DNA of 63,621 bases, counting the filler, from Chiloscyllium plagiosum (Eukaryota), in the NCBI RefSeq assembly GCF_004010195.1. It is 6 parts of one record of this genome, joined end to end, with 100 filler letters (N's around TTAATTAATTAA, not from the genome) between each part and the next. Parts side by side here need not be neighbours in the genome. Positions count along the whole stretch, not along the records: positions 29,354 to 58,590 come from NC_057717.1; 5 more parts are not named here. One strand, given 5' to 3'. The translations under genes were made by a program, and so were the position numbers. Of this stretch, positions 37,491 to 49,760 are shown piece by piece. The stretch's first letter is position 1. Every line of letters starts with the position of its first letter. The notes below the pieces were generated by a model that saw only the letters and a list, made by a program, of their open reading frames with translations, searched no databases and was not told the origin of the DNA.

Positions 37491-37717
37491 ATTCATCTGA
37501 ATCTTTTCCGTCCCGTCGTGCCACTTTCGGTTTTAACATTGTAACTGTTTATCTCTGTTTCTCTCCATGGTCTTGATTAGGAACTTTGTAGTGTCAGTCT
37601 TATGTAATTTCAGAACCAATGAATTTGTACATCTTGTGTTATTGTTCACTTCTCAGTGTATGGTGCTCCATGTTGGACAGGGCGTTTGCGCAGCTTTGAC
37701 AAACGTCTTTCAAGCTG

Positions 37718-38400
37718 TTCAAAACCAGAAATTGCTGGAGAAACACAGCAGGTCTGACACCATCTGAGGAGACAGAGAAATGAAACAAGGTAGTATTTCA
37801 AGTCCAGCTTGACCCTTGTTCAGAACTGAAAAGGACGTTTTAATCCCTTGACGAAAGTGAACGAGGGATGATGGGAAACAGAGCATGTGGCGATGCAATG
37901 TCACAGAGGAGGGTCTTTTCATTGTGGTTTAAGAGAAACAGATGTAAATTGGGTGTATATTAATGTGTGAATGGGAGAAATGGTTTTGGTCTATTGAGTG
38001 CAATATAAACAATACATAGACAATATCATAGGGAAACCGGGAAGCAGAACGTATGTAAAATGGAGAACAGCCATAATGGGTTCAGAATGTGAAATTATGG
38101 AAAAGAATGTTAACTCTTATGGGCTGTAACATACAATGCATAAAGTGAGGTGTTATTCGAGCTTGGCTTGAGCTTCATTGGAACATTGCAGCAGCTCAGG
38201 ACCGAAATGTCAGCATGAGAGCAAGGAAGGTTATTGAAATGGGAAGCAGTGAGAAGGTCAAGGTTATTCTTCCAGACAGAGTAGGAATATTCCTCAGTGC
38301 CGTTTCTGTTTGGTCTCACCAATGTAAAGGAGACTGCATTGTGAGAAGCAATGTCAGGAGACTGGATTGAGAGTACAAGTGAAATGTTGCTTCACCGGGG
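37718..38400 (-). mobile_element. Penelope-like element 3' part (GIY-YIG domain and terminal region)
   Basis: Minus strand VKQHFTCT..SQCSLLYIGETKQK is the GIY-YIG YIGET motif. Terminus AAATTGCTGGAGAAACACAGCAGGTCTG resembles the other Penelope ends. Confidence 0.8.
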
Positions 38401-39399
38401 AGTTGCGATTGAGTCAGTTTCCGATGATCCTATGTTCAGCAACATGCAGAAGTTCCGACGAATGATTGAATAGAACCAGACATCTAACCTGAGGATTTCT
38501 GTCTCATATCTGGTCTGAGTTGTGATGTGGAATTACACCCAGAGGGAGGTAATGGCGTATACATGGGCAGATATTCAAGCAGATATCACATACTGTTTGA
38601 AAAGAAGGACTCGAAAGAAGATGAGGCACCAGTGGTTAACAAAGTCTGTCAAGGAAACTCCTCAATCACAAATTAACGAGCCCAGATTTAGAACACTTAT
38701 TTCAAGGACCAGAAGCAGATGCGAGGCATGAACTTCAATTGTGCTTCCTAAATTACACATTGAAACCCCTGTCATTGCTGCTCCGTCCTCTTCCCTGCTT
38801 GTCTCCCCTTTCTGATTCCAGATTCTCCCTCTCCAATTACAGAGCACATTCTCTCACATTATGGTCCCTACCCACTACAACTGAAGTTCTTTGATCATGT
38901 CTACCTTCCCTGCAGTAGCATCAAGCTCCGTTTGTGCTGCCACTTTGCCTCTGGTCTCAGTGTGGTTCGGCCTCTCCATTCATGCTGTTTTACACGTCCC
39001 ACTCACATCTCACTCCGGAAAGTTTCCTTCTTGGAGTAAACTTTATTGAAAACCCCTCTTCCCCTTTGCACTGAATAATCCAAACTTCAAAAAGTATTCT
39101 CAGCCTTCATCTCACTGTACTAAAGGCAACTGCACGCTGACCGTGTGGTATAACAATTCCCTTTCTTACAAAGCTCTGGCCAGAGAAACGTTTTCACTGT
39201 AGAGATCATCACCCCCTTTAGACAAAGGAAATTATTTTCTTGATGTCATATTGACACTGGTAAGAGTTTCACGCTGCCTTAGTATTGTAACATGGAGAAA
39301 AACAAATCACAGTATGAAGTTTGGAGTGAATGTTCTTTACCTGTCATTTTTTTTAAGATTGTTTCAAATTTGCAATGCTTTTTGTGAATGCTTGTTCTT

Positions 39400-39810
39400 G
39401 AAGTTAGTAACAAATGGAATGGAGGACGTTGAGAGGTGACGTTCTGGAAATTAATACAATAATGGGCGGCATGGATTGGGTGAATTGCCAAGGTCCTTTC
39501 CACACGATAGGGGAGGCCAACCATATAGGATACAGCTTTAAGGTGAAAAGGGGACGATTTAACAAGGGCAAAACGGCAACGTTTTCACGCAGTGGAGGTC
39601 TATGTATGGAATGAGTTGCCAGATGAGCTGTTAGATGCAAGTGCAGTGACAACATTTAAAAAGACATTTGGACAAACAAATGAATGGGAAGCGTTTAGAG
39701 GCATGTGGACCAAATGCAATAAGGTGAGACTAGTTTAGTTCGGAAACCCTGGTCAGCATGGGCAGCTTGGATGAAATGTTTGTGCGCAATATGACTGTAT
39801 GAATCTAGAA
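39400..39810 (+). mobile_element. CR1 LINE 3' end
   Basis: LRGDVLEINTIMGGMDWV..GYSFKVKRGRF and a CR1 3' UTR. Confidence 0.8.
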
Positions 39811-39814
39811 AGCG

Positions 39815-41430
39815 AGGGAAAAAGCAAATAATAGACAGAAAAAGGATGAAAAGGTATGATGCAAGTAAATTGGCAAGAAACATAAAAACAAGCATCACAA
39901 GTTTTTTTTCTGTGTGTATATAAAAAGTTGAAGATGAGTGTGCGACTTTTGGTAGAAAGAATGTCAGGAAAGTATATTGAGAATATTCGGAGGGTGTGAC
40001 TGGGGAAGTGGCTACAGGGAACAGGGAGATAGTTTACGCCAGTATTTGACATCAATCCTCACAGGATAAAGCACTGTAAGTATTTCAAAATCATCAAGAA
40101 AATGGTAATAAGCGGGGTTCTCGAACTGTCTCTAACAAAAGGTACAAGGTTTTTAACAACAGGTAAGCCGAAGGATCGGCATGTCAGCAGTCATTCATAA
40201 TTGGTTTTAAACGAAGTTGTTACAGAGTGACTGGTGCCACTGTGTGAAATATTCCAAAACTCTCTGGATTACAGAAGTGTTCCAGCAAAACTCGTGAAGC
40301 TCCAATATGGCGCCTGTTTTCAAGGATGGAGCGAGACAGAAAGCAGGAACCATTTAGCCTCACCATTATTGCTGGGAATCTGCGACAGTCTGTCATTAAG
40401 GAAGGAATTGCAGGGCATTTAGAAAAGCTTCAGGCAGAGTCAGCATGGTTTTGTGAAAGGGAAACTGCATGTTGCCTTGTAAAATCATGAAAAGTTTTTC
40501 TGGAGATCCCTGAGAATGTAACAAGCGGACTTGATAAAGGGGAACTGGTAGACATGAGGCTTTCCAGAGATTTTCCTCAAGGTATCACAAACTATAGGTT
40601 CTTCCACCAGACAGAACCTCCGAATATGATGGATAACATGGAATAATGGATGGTTATCACATAGAAATTTGAGAGTCAGGATTCATCGATCTTTATGATA
40701 AAGACATATCTACTGGAGTAGCACGAATATCAATCCAATGGCTTCAGTTATTTACATCGATACTGAGAGGCTGAAGGAGGGAGCTGAGTGCAATACACAT
40801 CCGAGTTTGAGGATGACACTGACAACCAAAAGGCAGGCTATTTTTAATGAAAAGGAGTCACAACAAAAGAGCAGTACAAAGGGATTGGAGTGTTCCTGAG
40901 CATGAAACACAAAGTCATCATGCTGATGCAGAAAGGAACTGGATCGATACATTAAGCGGGTTACGAGGATGAAAGTGTTTAATTATTGAGTACATCTAAA
41001 ATGGTGAGGCATTTATTCATTGTGCTTGAAATGAATGACCGTGACATTACTGAAAAGGACAAGGTACAGAGGGGGGTTGGCAAGGAATTTGTTGGGTATG
41101 TGGTTCCACATCTGGGCAGATTGTCTCACTCCGGGACACTGATAGAGAATAATGGATATCGATTTCAAACTGAGATGTAAAGAAATGTCGTTTTTCAGAA
41201 GATAGTAAATGTCTGGAATTCCCAATCCCAGAGAGTTGTGGAAGGTGGGTCTCTGAATGTACTTACAAATGGGGTGGATTGGTTTCGGACATACAAGCGA
41301 GTTGAGAGATACGAGGGGGTAGCAGGAAAGTGGAGTTGAGCCAGCCTGGATTCTACAAGAACATTTTCGAAACAAGGCCTAACCATCGGAGTGACCTCGA
41401 TCTGCTCCTGTTTAGCAGGTCCGAAGGGCT
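39815..41430 (+). mobile_element. Highly decayed CR1 LINE ORF2 and 3' UTR
   Basis: PLCEIFQNSL, QSQHGFVKG, FEDDT and RIVNVWN remnants in the expected order. Confidence 0.65.
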
Positions 41431-41445
41431 GAATGGAACATCAGA

Positions 41446-41700
41446 AAACATAGAACTGAGGGACACGAGTGGGCCATTCGGCCCTTTGACACTATTCCAC
41501 CAGTAAAGTAGGTTATGGTTCATCTCATTGTGCTCTCAGCTGCACTTTTCTCTCCATGCACTATTATCCCTGATACACATGTCTATGGAAAATCAGACGA
41601 AGCCAGCCTCGATATAATATAAACATTCAGTCATCACAAACTTCTGGGAAAGAGAATTCCCACTTGAATAAATGCCCACTTTGTGAATTCTCCTCACTCC
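41446..41700 (-). mobile_element. CR1 LINE 3' UTR fragment
   Basis: AACATAGAA..GGCCATTCGGCCC..GAGAATTCC is an antisense CR1 tail. Confidence 0.6.
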
Positions 41701-41887
41701 GGTTCTGACTGGTTGGAAGGTGCGGCTGTTACCTTTTCTAGTACCACTCCTCTACTGTTCGCAATAAATTTAAATCTAACCAGGTTGGAGATATGGCTGA
41801 TAATAAAGGTCTCAGACCGGGTCAGGTTCAGTGATAGGAGCAAGTCAGGCAGATTTCTTTAGTCAGTCACATATAACTAATAGAAAT

Positions 41888-42215
41888 AACGGTGCAGCAT
41901 GGTGGATCTGTGGTTAGCACTGCTGTCTCAGATCACCAAGGAGCTGGGTTCAATTGCAACATTTTATTCTCCCCGTATCTGTGTGTGTTTCCTCCCAGTG
42001 TTCCAGTTTCCTCCTACAGTCCAAAGATGTGCAGATTTGAGTTAATTGGCCATGCTCAATTGCCCATAGTGCTCAGGGATGTGTAGGTTAGGTGGTTTAG
42101 TCATGGAAAATGCAGGATTACATGGTTAGGGTAGGGGGATAGGCCTGGGTGGGATGCCAGTGTGGACTCAATGGACAGAATGTCCTGCTTCCACACTGTA
42201 GAGGTTCTATGACAA
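41888..42215 (+). mobile_element. HE1/V-SINE
   Basis: GTGGTTAGCACTGCTG head, CAGTCCAAAGATGTGCAG V-domain, TTGGCCATGCT.AATTGCCC and a CR1-like tail. Confidence 0.85.
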
Positions 42216-42714
42216 TGACAAGTTTGGACTAGACAAACACCCAGTGGGTATCTACTTGATCCATGCTCATAAAGCTCTTGCATATTTCAATAAGATCACC
42301 TCTCATTCTGAGAATAATCTGTTAAAGCCTCTATAATATAACCCCTTCATCCCTGGAATACGTGAAGTGAAACATCTCTGAACCGCTTCCAATGTAATTA
42401 TATCTTTTCTTAGGTAAGAAGACAAAAAAAACCTCACACCCCAGATGAGATCATTTATTATTTTCTCAGTGTTGTGAGACTTTGGAAATCTCTTCCCGCA
42501 GAGCATTGGAGGCAGAGATATTGAATATTTTTGAGGCACAGACAGAAGGTTCGCAGATAACAATGGAGTCAACGATTATGAGGCAGGAATGTGCAGTGTG
42601 GGGGAAATGTTGGCAGTAGTACAAAATGACACTGATCCAAAACACCCAGGAACATAATGCAAAACAAATGGTAACGTAGATTTTAAAAAAAAAGCAAAAG
42701 TGATAGACTAGAGT

Positions 42715-42910
42715 TCCAAAGGACTATGGGGCTGCTCTGTCATGAAAGAGAGACCACTCGTGGTGGTTTAACCTGAGGGTCATCACACCTAAGGTGTTGG
42801 GTGAGGTTGAGACAGCGTCCTCTTCATAGTAACCTCTATCAGTGTGGGGAATTGAACATGTACTGGTGTCCTCCCTCTGCATCACAAACCATACATCCAG
42901 CCAAATGAGT
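42715..42910 (-). mobile_element. tRNA-derived SINE, distinct family
   Basis: Minus strand CTCATTTGGCTGGA..TGTGATGCAGAG..GTTCAATTCCC..GACCCTCAGGTTAAACCACCAC. Confidence 0.6.
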
Positions 42911-43574
42911 GGGAGACTGTGTGACTGTTACAGACAGAAACAGTCACAGACAAAGGACAATAGAAACTTTCATAACAAGGGAAAAAGGTACGATTCAGAT
43001 AACAGTCAAGATTACGCCTGACAAAAATGTTCTCGGCTCGAAATTGTATTTTATAATGAGACAATTGTTTAGAAGCTGTCTTTGGCTGAATAAAATAAGG
43101 TGAGACCAGTGAAATAACCAGAATAATAATTGTTACGTCTTACCGATAACCATAAAATAAGTGTAGATTTTGGTCAGCCTGTGTAACGTGAGGTGATCAT
43201 TACATAAAAGTATATAACTGATGGAATATATTGTTAGGAGAATCCACTCCCATGGGAAATGCCTTCGAACAGGCGCTTGAAGAAAACCGGGTTAAAAGTG
43301 CCTGAGCCTCATCTGGTCAGTGACAGGAACCCAGGGGGTTGAATAACTGAAAGTTCCTGCAACATGGAGCTGAGAAAACCATCAAATAAGCCGAACCTTA
43401 TTATATGCTCGAGCACATTTGAAGAGTTGGTTGTCCTCGTGATGGATTTTAATTGTGTGTGGGTTGAATAACATATATCTATCCTCCTTCCCTTTATATG
43501 TTACATACTGGTGCATTGACATTTTCCTGAAAACGGCAATTTCTTGGAACATTTTCTGGAACATCCCATAATCG

Positions 43575-45230
43575 GCATTGTCCAGAATATGCTATCACCG
43601 TGTGAGGGTATTGGAAATGCGAGAGAGAACGAGAGAAAGACGAAAGGCGCTGCGTGCAGCAGTGAGAGTGATGGAGCGTGAACCTTGTTCCGGTAGGTGC
43701 TATGACAGATATACAGTGTTTATAGTGTGGGGGCAAAGTGGTGAGACGGAGAGAGAGAGAGAGAGAGAGGGTGATGCATGCAGCAGTGACAATGGTGGAG
43801 CATGTGCTTTGTTCGGGCTTAGATTCTACAACAGATTTCAATGAGTGTGCGGGAGCAGAGAGAAGACGGTGACACGTTTCCTGGCAGAATGGGGGAGATT
43901 ATTGATGCCTGTCTTGTATTGCTGGACATTGCTTCACACTGCAGATCCTCCACTGAGCTGGGTGGTGAGCTCACACCACTGCGCAGGGCAGCTCAAAACT
44001 GAGAAAGGTCAACTGTTTGCCAATTGGTCTTTTAAAGATGATACCAGTGCCAAGGATCACAGAATATCCATGGGGCATCCAAGTGATGATTTTTACCTCC
44101 AGCAATGAAGGGTGGGAGAATTACGCTGGCATTGAATGATAGGTACAACGTGGGGTGGGGTGGGTAGTTAATGAGGTGAGTGCGAAAAGATAGCACCAGG
44201 AAACTACCTCAACCTCGTACAGATAATCCCTCAATGAAAATGGCACTGAGGTAAATTATTGTTAGTTTCTGCCCAATGAGTTGAAGAATCTGCTGACACC
44301 ACTCCCAGTTACAAAGCTGAAGAACAAATGCTCACCCAAAACTTTCCATCACCGAACTCACACCAATATCCCATTCACCCATCATTCACGAAATACTGGC
44401 TCACGTTGCCAGCTGCTGTCACAATATCTTCATTTCATCATTCTGAAACCTGTGATTGTTCAGGAAATTGTCTCTCAATCTCCCTTTCCCTTTTTTCGCT
44501 CAAAATATTTTGTGTGTTGATATTTAAACTGATTCCCCCTGCTATCTCTCTCTGGCTGTGATGTTCACACCCACAGCACCCCCTTGTCATGGCACAATGG
44601 ACATATGGGGCTGTAAACGGATGGGAGCTACACATCCTGCCACTTCTAGCATGGGCTGCAAGTTTCCTCACTCTGGGCAGTGATCTAACACAGTGTTACT
44701 GAGTAATGTACTGAAGTGATGAAAACAGCTGCTTTGACGGTAACTGTTCCAGGTTTACGGATCCATTCACTGCGCAGCTCCCCATACTGTACAGATGCCT
44801 TGTCCACGTATATAGAGCAAGACACTGGTGTGGGCTGCATATCACGCCATGCTGGACAGACCGTTTCGTCAGTGTTTCTGAATCAATGCATCGGTGTGTA
44901 CTGTGCTGCTCCACGTGTTGGACAGATAGCTAGTGGACTGGAGAGACCTGTGCTATATTCCAGCCTGGACTGATTGCTGGGTTGTACTGAACCTGGTCTG
45001 CACAGTGCTCCATGTTGAGCAGATATATCATCTGGACTTATACGGTCTGGGCTGGATCAGTGAAGTGGATTAGCTCTGCGATATAATTCCTGATAGAGCT
45101 ATCACTCCTCCAGCAAGGCGCATTCTGCTGCCAAATCCTGTGTTTCTGCAATATGCTGTGCATTAAGTAATTAGCCAATTAAAACGTGAATATCTGTCCC
45201 TTTTGTTATGGAACTAAGCAGACACAACTC
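43575..45230 (-). repeat. Inverted paralogue of 13290-14980 and 10910-11379, including an internally deleted copy of the Harbinger Myb relic
   Basis: Shared anchors GTGATGTTCACACCCA.AGCACC..CTTGTCATGGCAC, TAGTTTCCTGGTGCTATC, CTCACCTCATTAACT, TTGACCTTTCTCAGTTT and CCACCCAGCTCAGTG. Confidence 0.85.
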
Positions 45231-45299
45231 AATATATATGATGAAGGTAGTCTTGACTGGAAACTTTTCTTATTTTAAAGATAAATGTGAGGTGCTGTG

Positions 45300-45720
45300 T
45301 TTCAGGTACAATTCGCTTGATCAAAATATTCGACATGAAGCAAAACACAATTCATTCAACCACTGTCGACAAAACACAAAAAAGCAGAATAATAGATTGT
45401 TTACCTACTAAACAATAACTGTTCCAGTATGGTAACATCCTATAAACACACACTTGTCAAACAACAAATTCAGGAAACAGATTGTCTCACATGCAGTTCT
45501 CCAATCCAGGAGGGAAAAACATCAAAAGACAATTCTGAGAGAAATCTCACAGAAAGTGCAGCAACTGGGAGAAATGTCCAGCCTTCCAATCCTGCTGATA
45601 CCCCAGCAACAACTGGGGAAAGGTAAAATGAAGAATCCTGCTTCTGAGAGAACTTGACCGTCACTCCACAGCACCAGGCCGCAGCTGCAAGGACTACAAG
45701 GAATTGGCTGTATCTACAGT
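45300..45720. mobile_element. LTR fragment related to 21596-22238
   Basis: AACTGTTCCA..ATTCAG(G)AAACAGATTGTC..TTCTCCAATCCAGGA..CATCAAAAGA.AATTC is shared with 21850-21975. Confidence 0.65.
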
Positions 45721-46030
45721 GTTTATGGCACTGCAGGAGCGTCTCAAAAATGCCTGACCCCACCTAAGCCGTTAAATGATGGTAAGATAAATGTCAAAGT
45801 TAAACATAAATAAAACGTAAGGAGGCAGCAGGCCTGATTATCAGACACAGCCGGCCATGGGAGCCCAGCAATTCCGACACTGCCGAAACATAGTAGAATC
45901 ATCGAGCTAGTGAATAGAAAGCATCATCTCTCTGCCTTACCTCTAACTTTAAAATTAGAGATGATGCTTTTAGCCCAATAGTCAGCGATGTCAACATCCC
46001 AACCAGACCAAATATTAATGTGACTTATAA

Positions 46031-46446
46031 GGGTAGTGAGCTCACACCACTGCGCAGGGCAGCTCAAAACTGAGAAAGGTCAACTGTTTGCCAATTGGTC
46101 TTTTAAAGATGGTACCAGTGCCAAGGATCACAGAATATCCATGGGGCATCCAAGTGATGATTTTTACCTCCAGCAATGAAGGGTGGGAGAATTACGCTGG
46201 CATTGAATGATAGGTACAACGTGGGGTGGGGTGGGTAGTTAATGAGGTGAGTGCGATAAGACAGCACCAGGAAACTAACTCAACCTCGTACAGATGATCC
46301 CTCAATGAAAATGGCACTGAGGTAAATTATTGTTCGTTTCTGCCCAATGAGTTGAAGAATCTGCTGACACCACTCCCAGTTACAAAGCTGAAGAACAAAT
46401 GCTCACCCAAAACTTTCCATCACCGAACTCACACCAATATCCCATT
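46031..46446 (+). repeat. Near-identical direct duplicate of 43960-44375
   Basis: About 416 bp collinear, with about 7 substitutions by eye. Confidence 0.95.
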
Positions 46447-47544
46447 GAATGTAATTTGTACATTGAATGTGATTTATGTCAGTCGCCATGGATACTAACT
46501 GTGTAATTGGAGGGTTTCCCTCTTGTACTATCAAGGGGCTTCCTTCAACCTGTTATTCCATAGTATCAGCGGCAGCGTCATCCTCAAGATGATTGGACTC
46601 AGCAGCTACAGGAAGAAGGAGAGGAAGAGAATCTTAGAACAACATACTGTAATGTTCCAACATTGGACAGTAGTTTGTCCTTGGGTCTATACTTGCTTTG
46701 TCAGGATTGGGCATGGTTAGAGTTGAGGATACGTGCCGTACTGATGATTATTCAGGCAAGTTTCTATCCCAATCTCGCTATTAGTGGTGTTCCGGGTAAG
46801 TTTATCTCTGTCAATTCTATTAGCGATGTTGAAGGGTATTGCTATTTCTGTTATTTACATTTAAAAATACATAGCCTGTTATCTTGAATTTCAGTCACAA
46901 ATTCCACTTCATTTCTAATCAATTTCCGAATCCTCACTCATAAACATCGAAGAAGGAACAAGATGTTCAGACCCTTGAGTTTTCCTTTTGCCCTGAACTG
47001 TTTTATGTTTCTATATTCTCTCTGTTATCAACCCTGCCAACGCCCACCACTATAATATCCCTAGTCTCCAGCTCTGCCTCAGTGCTGTTGCAAAATAAGC
47101 CGTCATCTGCCCTCTTGTTAACTTCAGATTTTACGGCTCCAGTACTTTTTTGACCACTCTTCCATTACAAATATTTTCATTACGAACTTGTACTTGTCTC
47201 TCCAGTTATTTCATATTAGGGACCTCATATTAGAATAATAGTGTCACTGGCCGTGTTAAGACCCTAAAGGCATTGTTTCACATTCTAACAGAACCAATGA
47301 TAGAACTTAAATTCAAATGGAAAAAATCGGAAAGAAACCTGATTTTACAAACGGCAACCATAAACCACCAGGATTTCTTTTATCATTTCACTGATAGCCT
47401 TTGGTAAAGAAACCAAGTGTGACAAAAAAAGGTTCGTTCCATATTGTCTTGACAAATGGTCTCGCAGTCAACGGCAATTAGTGATGGATGTCAAATGCTG
47501 CCCTTGACAGTGATGCTGGCATCGCGTGAAACAACAAAATTAAA

Positions 47545-47800
47545 GGTGAAATAAACTAAGGAACTGTGGATGATGGAGATCTGAAATAAAATTCCCCAGC
47601 GTCTGAAAATATTGGAGAATCTTAGCAAGTATGGCAGCCTCTCTCAGGAGAAAAACAGATAAAGTTTCGAATCTAGTGATCCTATATCACAACTGAAAGC
47701 AACTGGGAAGAAAGGTTATTTATATCAGGGATGGTCGGATGAGAGAAATTAAAAGCAAACACAGGAACGGCTGCTGATGAATCAGAAGGAAAATAACATG
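47545..47800 (-). mobile_element. Old Penelope-like terminal fragment
   Basis: GAACTGTGGATGATGGAGATCTGAAA..TTGGAGAATCTTAGCAAGTATGGCAGC..GTTTCGA resembles the other Penelope ends. Confidence 0.5.
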
Positions 47801-48299
47801 GCAGCTTATTCTAAAATTTCCCCTTTTCCCATATTCCTGAATAACATGTCAATTTAGATGTGCCGTGTTTAAATTGAGTTATATTCCCTCTGTCTTTCTC
47901 CTCTGAGGGTGATGATCAACTCCATCGGCAATACTGGTGCCGCCCTTATAGTTGTTGAGATACAAAGAAACGAAATGTCACATTGTCAAATGATTTTTTT
48001 TGGAGAAGAGAACTGTAACTGTAGGGCTGTGCAAAGATGTAACTGGTTTTTTTTTCTGCTAAGAACAGAAACATTTTCAACACTGAATTGGTGCACCATG
48101 TGTGAGAAAATTTGACTTGCTGCTGTCATTACAGATAAACGGATGTTCTGTGGACGCTTTCCACGGTTTTGTGCTATCAGCTGCTGCGTCCATTCAGAGA
48201 GACCCAAGGGTATGTTGATCCCACTCTGGACGAGATATCAGCACTACATTTATAGAGTGTTCTGGGTCCATGGTAAACAATTAGAGTCGAGGTTACACA

Positions 48300-48750
48300 G
48301 AAGGGAAGTTCCGTACACAGGGAGGGGCAGGGCACTGCATGGTCCTACCAGGAATTTCCAGGAATATTTTTCTAAGCTGGACCCATTCCAAGTGTAAAAT
48401 GTGAAACCAGCGTCTTTCAAAAATGAGGTGCTCACTGAGCTTTGTCCCCTCCTTCAAACTCACACCAGGGACAGAACTGTGCTGACACTCACCACGAAGT
48501 GAACTGGATTGATTCTGGAACTTTCCAGGCAAGAGTGGGTGACATATCCATCACCATGAAGTGTATTGGATTGAGTCTGGCACTTTCCAGGCAGGAGTGA
48601 GTAACATATCTGGTGTGCCGTCCTCCGATATATCACTAAATGATAGAAGCCACCTGCCTGCTGAGAGGAATACATTGGTTCTGTCTCCACAGAAGAAGGT
48701 GCAGAAACTAACTTCCAGAAATACTAGGAAACAGGGTCCCTGGTGAAAAT
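48300..48750 (+). mobile_element. PIF/Harbinger (HARBI1-like) transposase N-terminal relic, with an internal 62-bp tandem duplication (48489 and 48551)
   Basis: GRGRAL..RNFQEYFSKLD..FKNEVLTELCPLLQ..RTVLTL..SGTFQA..DIS matches the RFxKxxxxELCxLL..ASGSFQ..GD pattern of HARBI1-type transposases. Confidence 0.7.
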
Positions 48751-48839
48751 GGGGGGGCTGCACGAAATAAGAATTAATGAAGACTTTGACTTTGAAAACC
48801 TAATCGAATTGAATACTGGCATGATGCTGGAACTGATGA

Positions 48840-49760
48840 GCGACATCCCCGAGTATTGAGGAGGTGGCAATAGAGCTCGTCAAAGAATTACTGACTATTT
48901 GTCAAAGTTGGTTGGATTCTGGAAAGGACCTTGCAGAATGTAAAACTGCTATTGTAAACCTAAACAATTAAAACAGGAAGATGGGGGCAAACAGAAAACT
49001 ACGTAGCTTGATGTCAGCTGTGAGAAAAACACTGTAACCTTTTATAAGGATTGCGACAACTAGACATTTGGAAAATAATGGTATGATTTGGTAGACTCAG
49101 CCTAGATTCTGGAAAGGCAAATGATCTTTGATAAACCTGCTGTAGTTTGTGGAGATTGTCCATTGTGGCATCGATAGTTGACAACCAGTGGGAGTAGAGG
49201 ATTTGAAGTTTCAGAAACCATTTGACCCGGTTGAATACTTGTGAATGGCGCATTTTAGAGTCCATGGGTAGGTAGGGGTGGAACACACAGAATGGATCAA
49301 AAATTTGATAATGGATCAGAAGGATCAGTGCTTGGGCAATAGCTGTTCGCAAGGTATAACATGATTCAGGTGGGAACAATAAATGTAATGATTCTCATCT
49401 AAGTTTATTAAATGGTGAGAGGTTGGGAAGTTCTGTTGTTGAAATGGACCTGGATGTCCTTGGTTATAATTCACTAACAGAATTCAGATGGGACAGTTAG
49501 TAATTATAACTGGACATGATATCTGGTCTTTCATTCAAAATACTTGAAGTACCACAGTAAATATACCTTTCTCAATGGTAGTGTTTTGTTGAAATGACAT
49601 TTGGGGTATTATATACAGACTGAGTCTAGTTCATAAATAATGATCTCCACGTCACCGAGACAGTGCAAAGGAGGTTCATGAGACTGAACTCTGGCATGAT
49701 GGTATCATCAGGAAAGAGAGTGGTAACTATATAGTTAACCTGTAGCACTGTAAGAGAATA
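48840..49760 (+). mobile_element. Highly decayed CR1 LINE RT region
   Basis: EVAIELV..SWLDSGK, FQKPFD, GSVLG and QRRFMRL remnants. Confidence 0.55.

Noticed and set aside
37790..37830. Additional hammerhead motifs in older Penelope ends (also ~47660-47700 and ~28297-28335)
   Set aside because: The core boxes are mutated (e.g. CTGAACA, GTGATAT) and stem II is disrupted.
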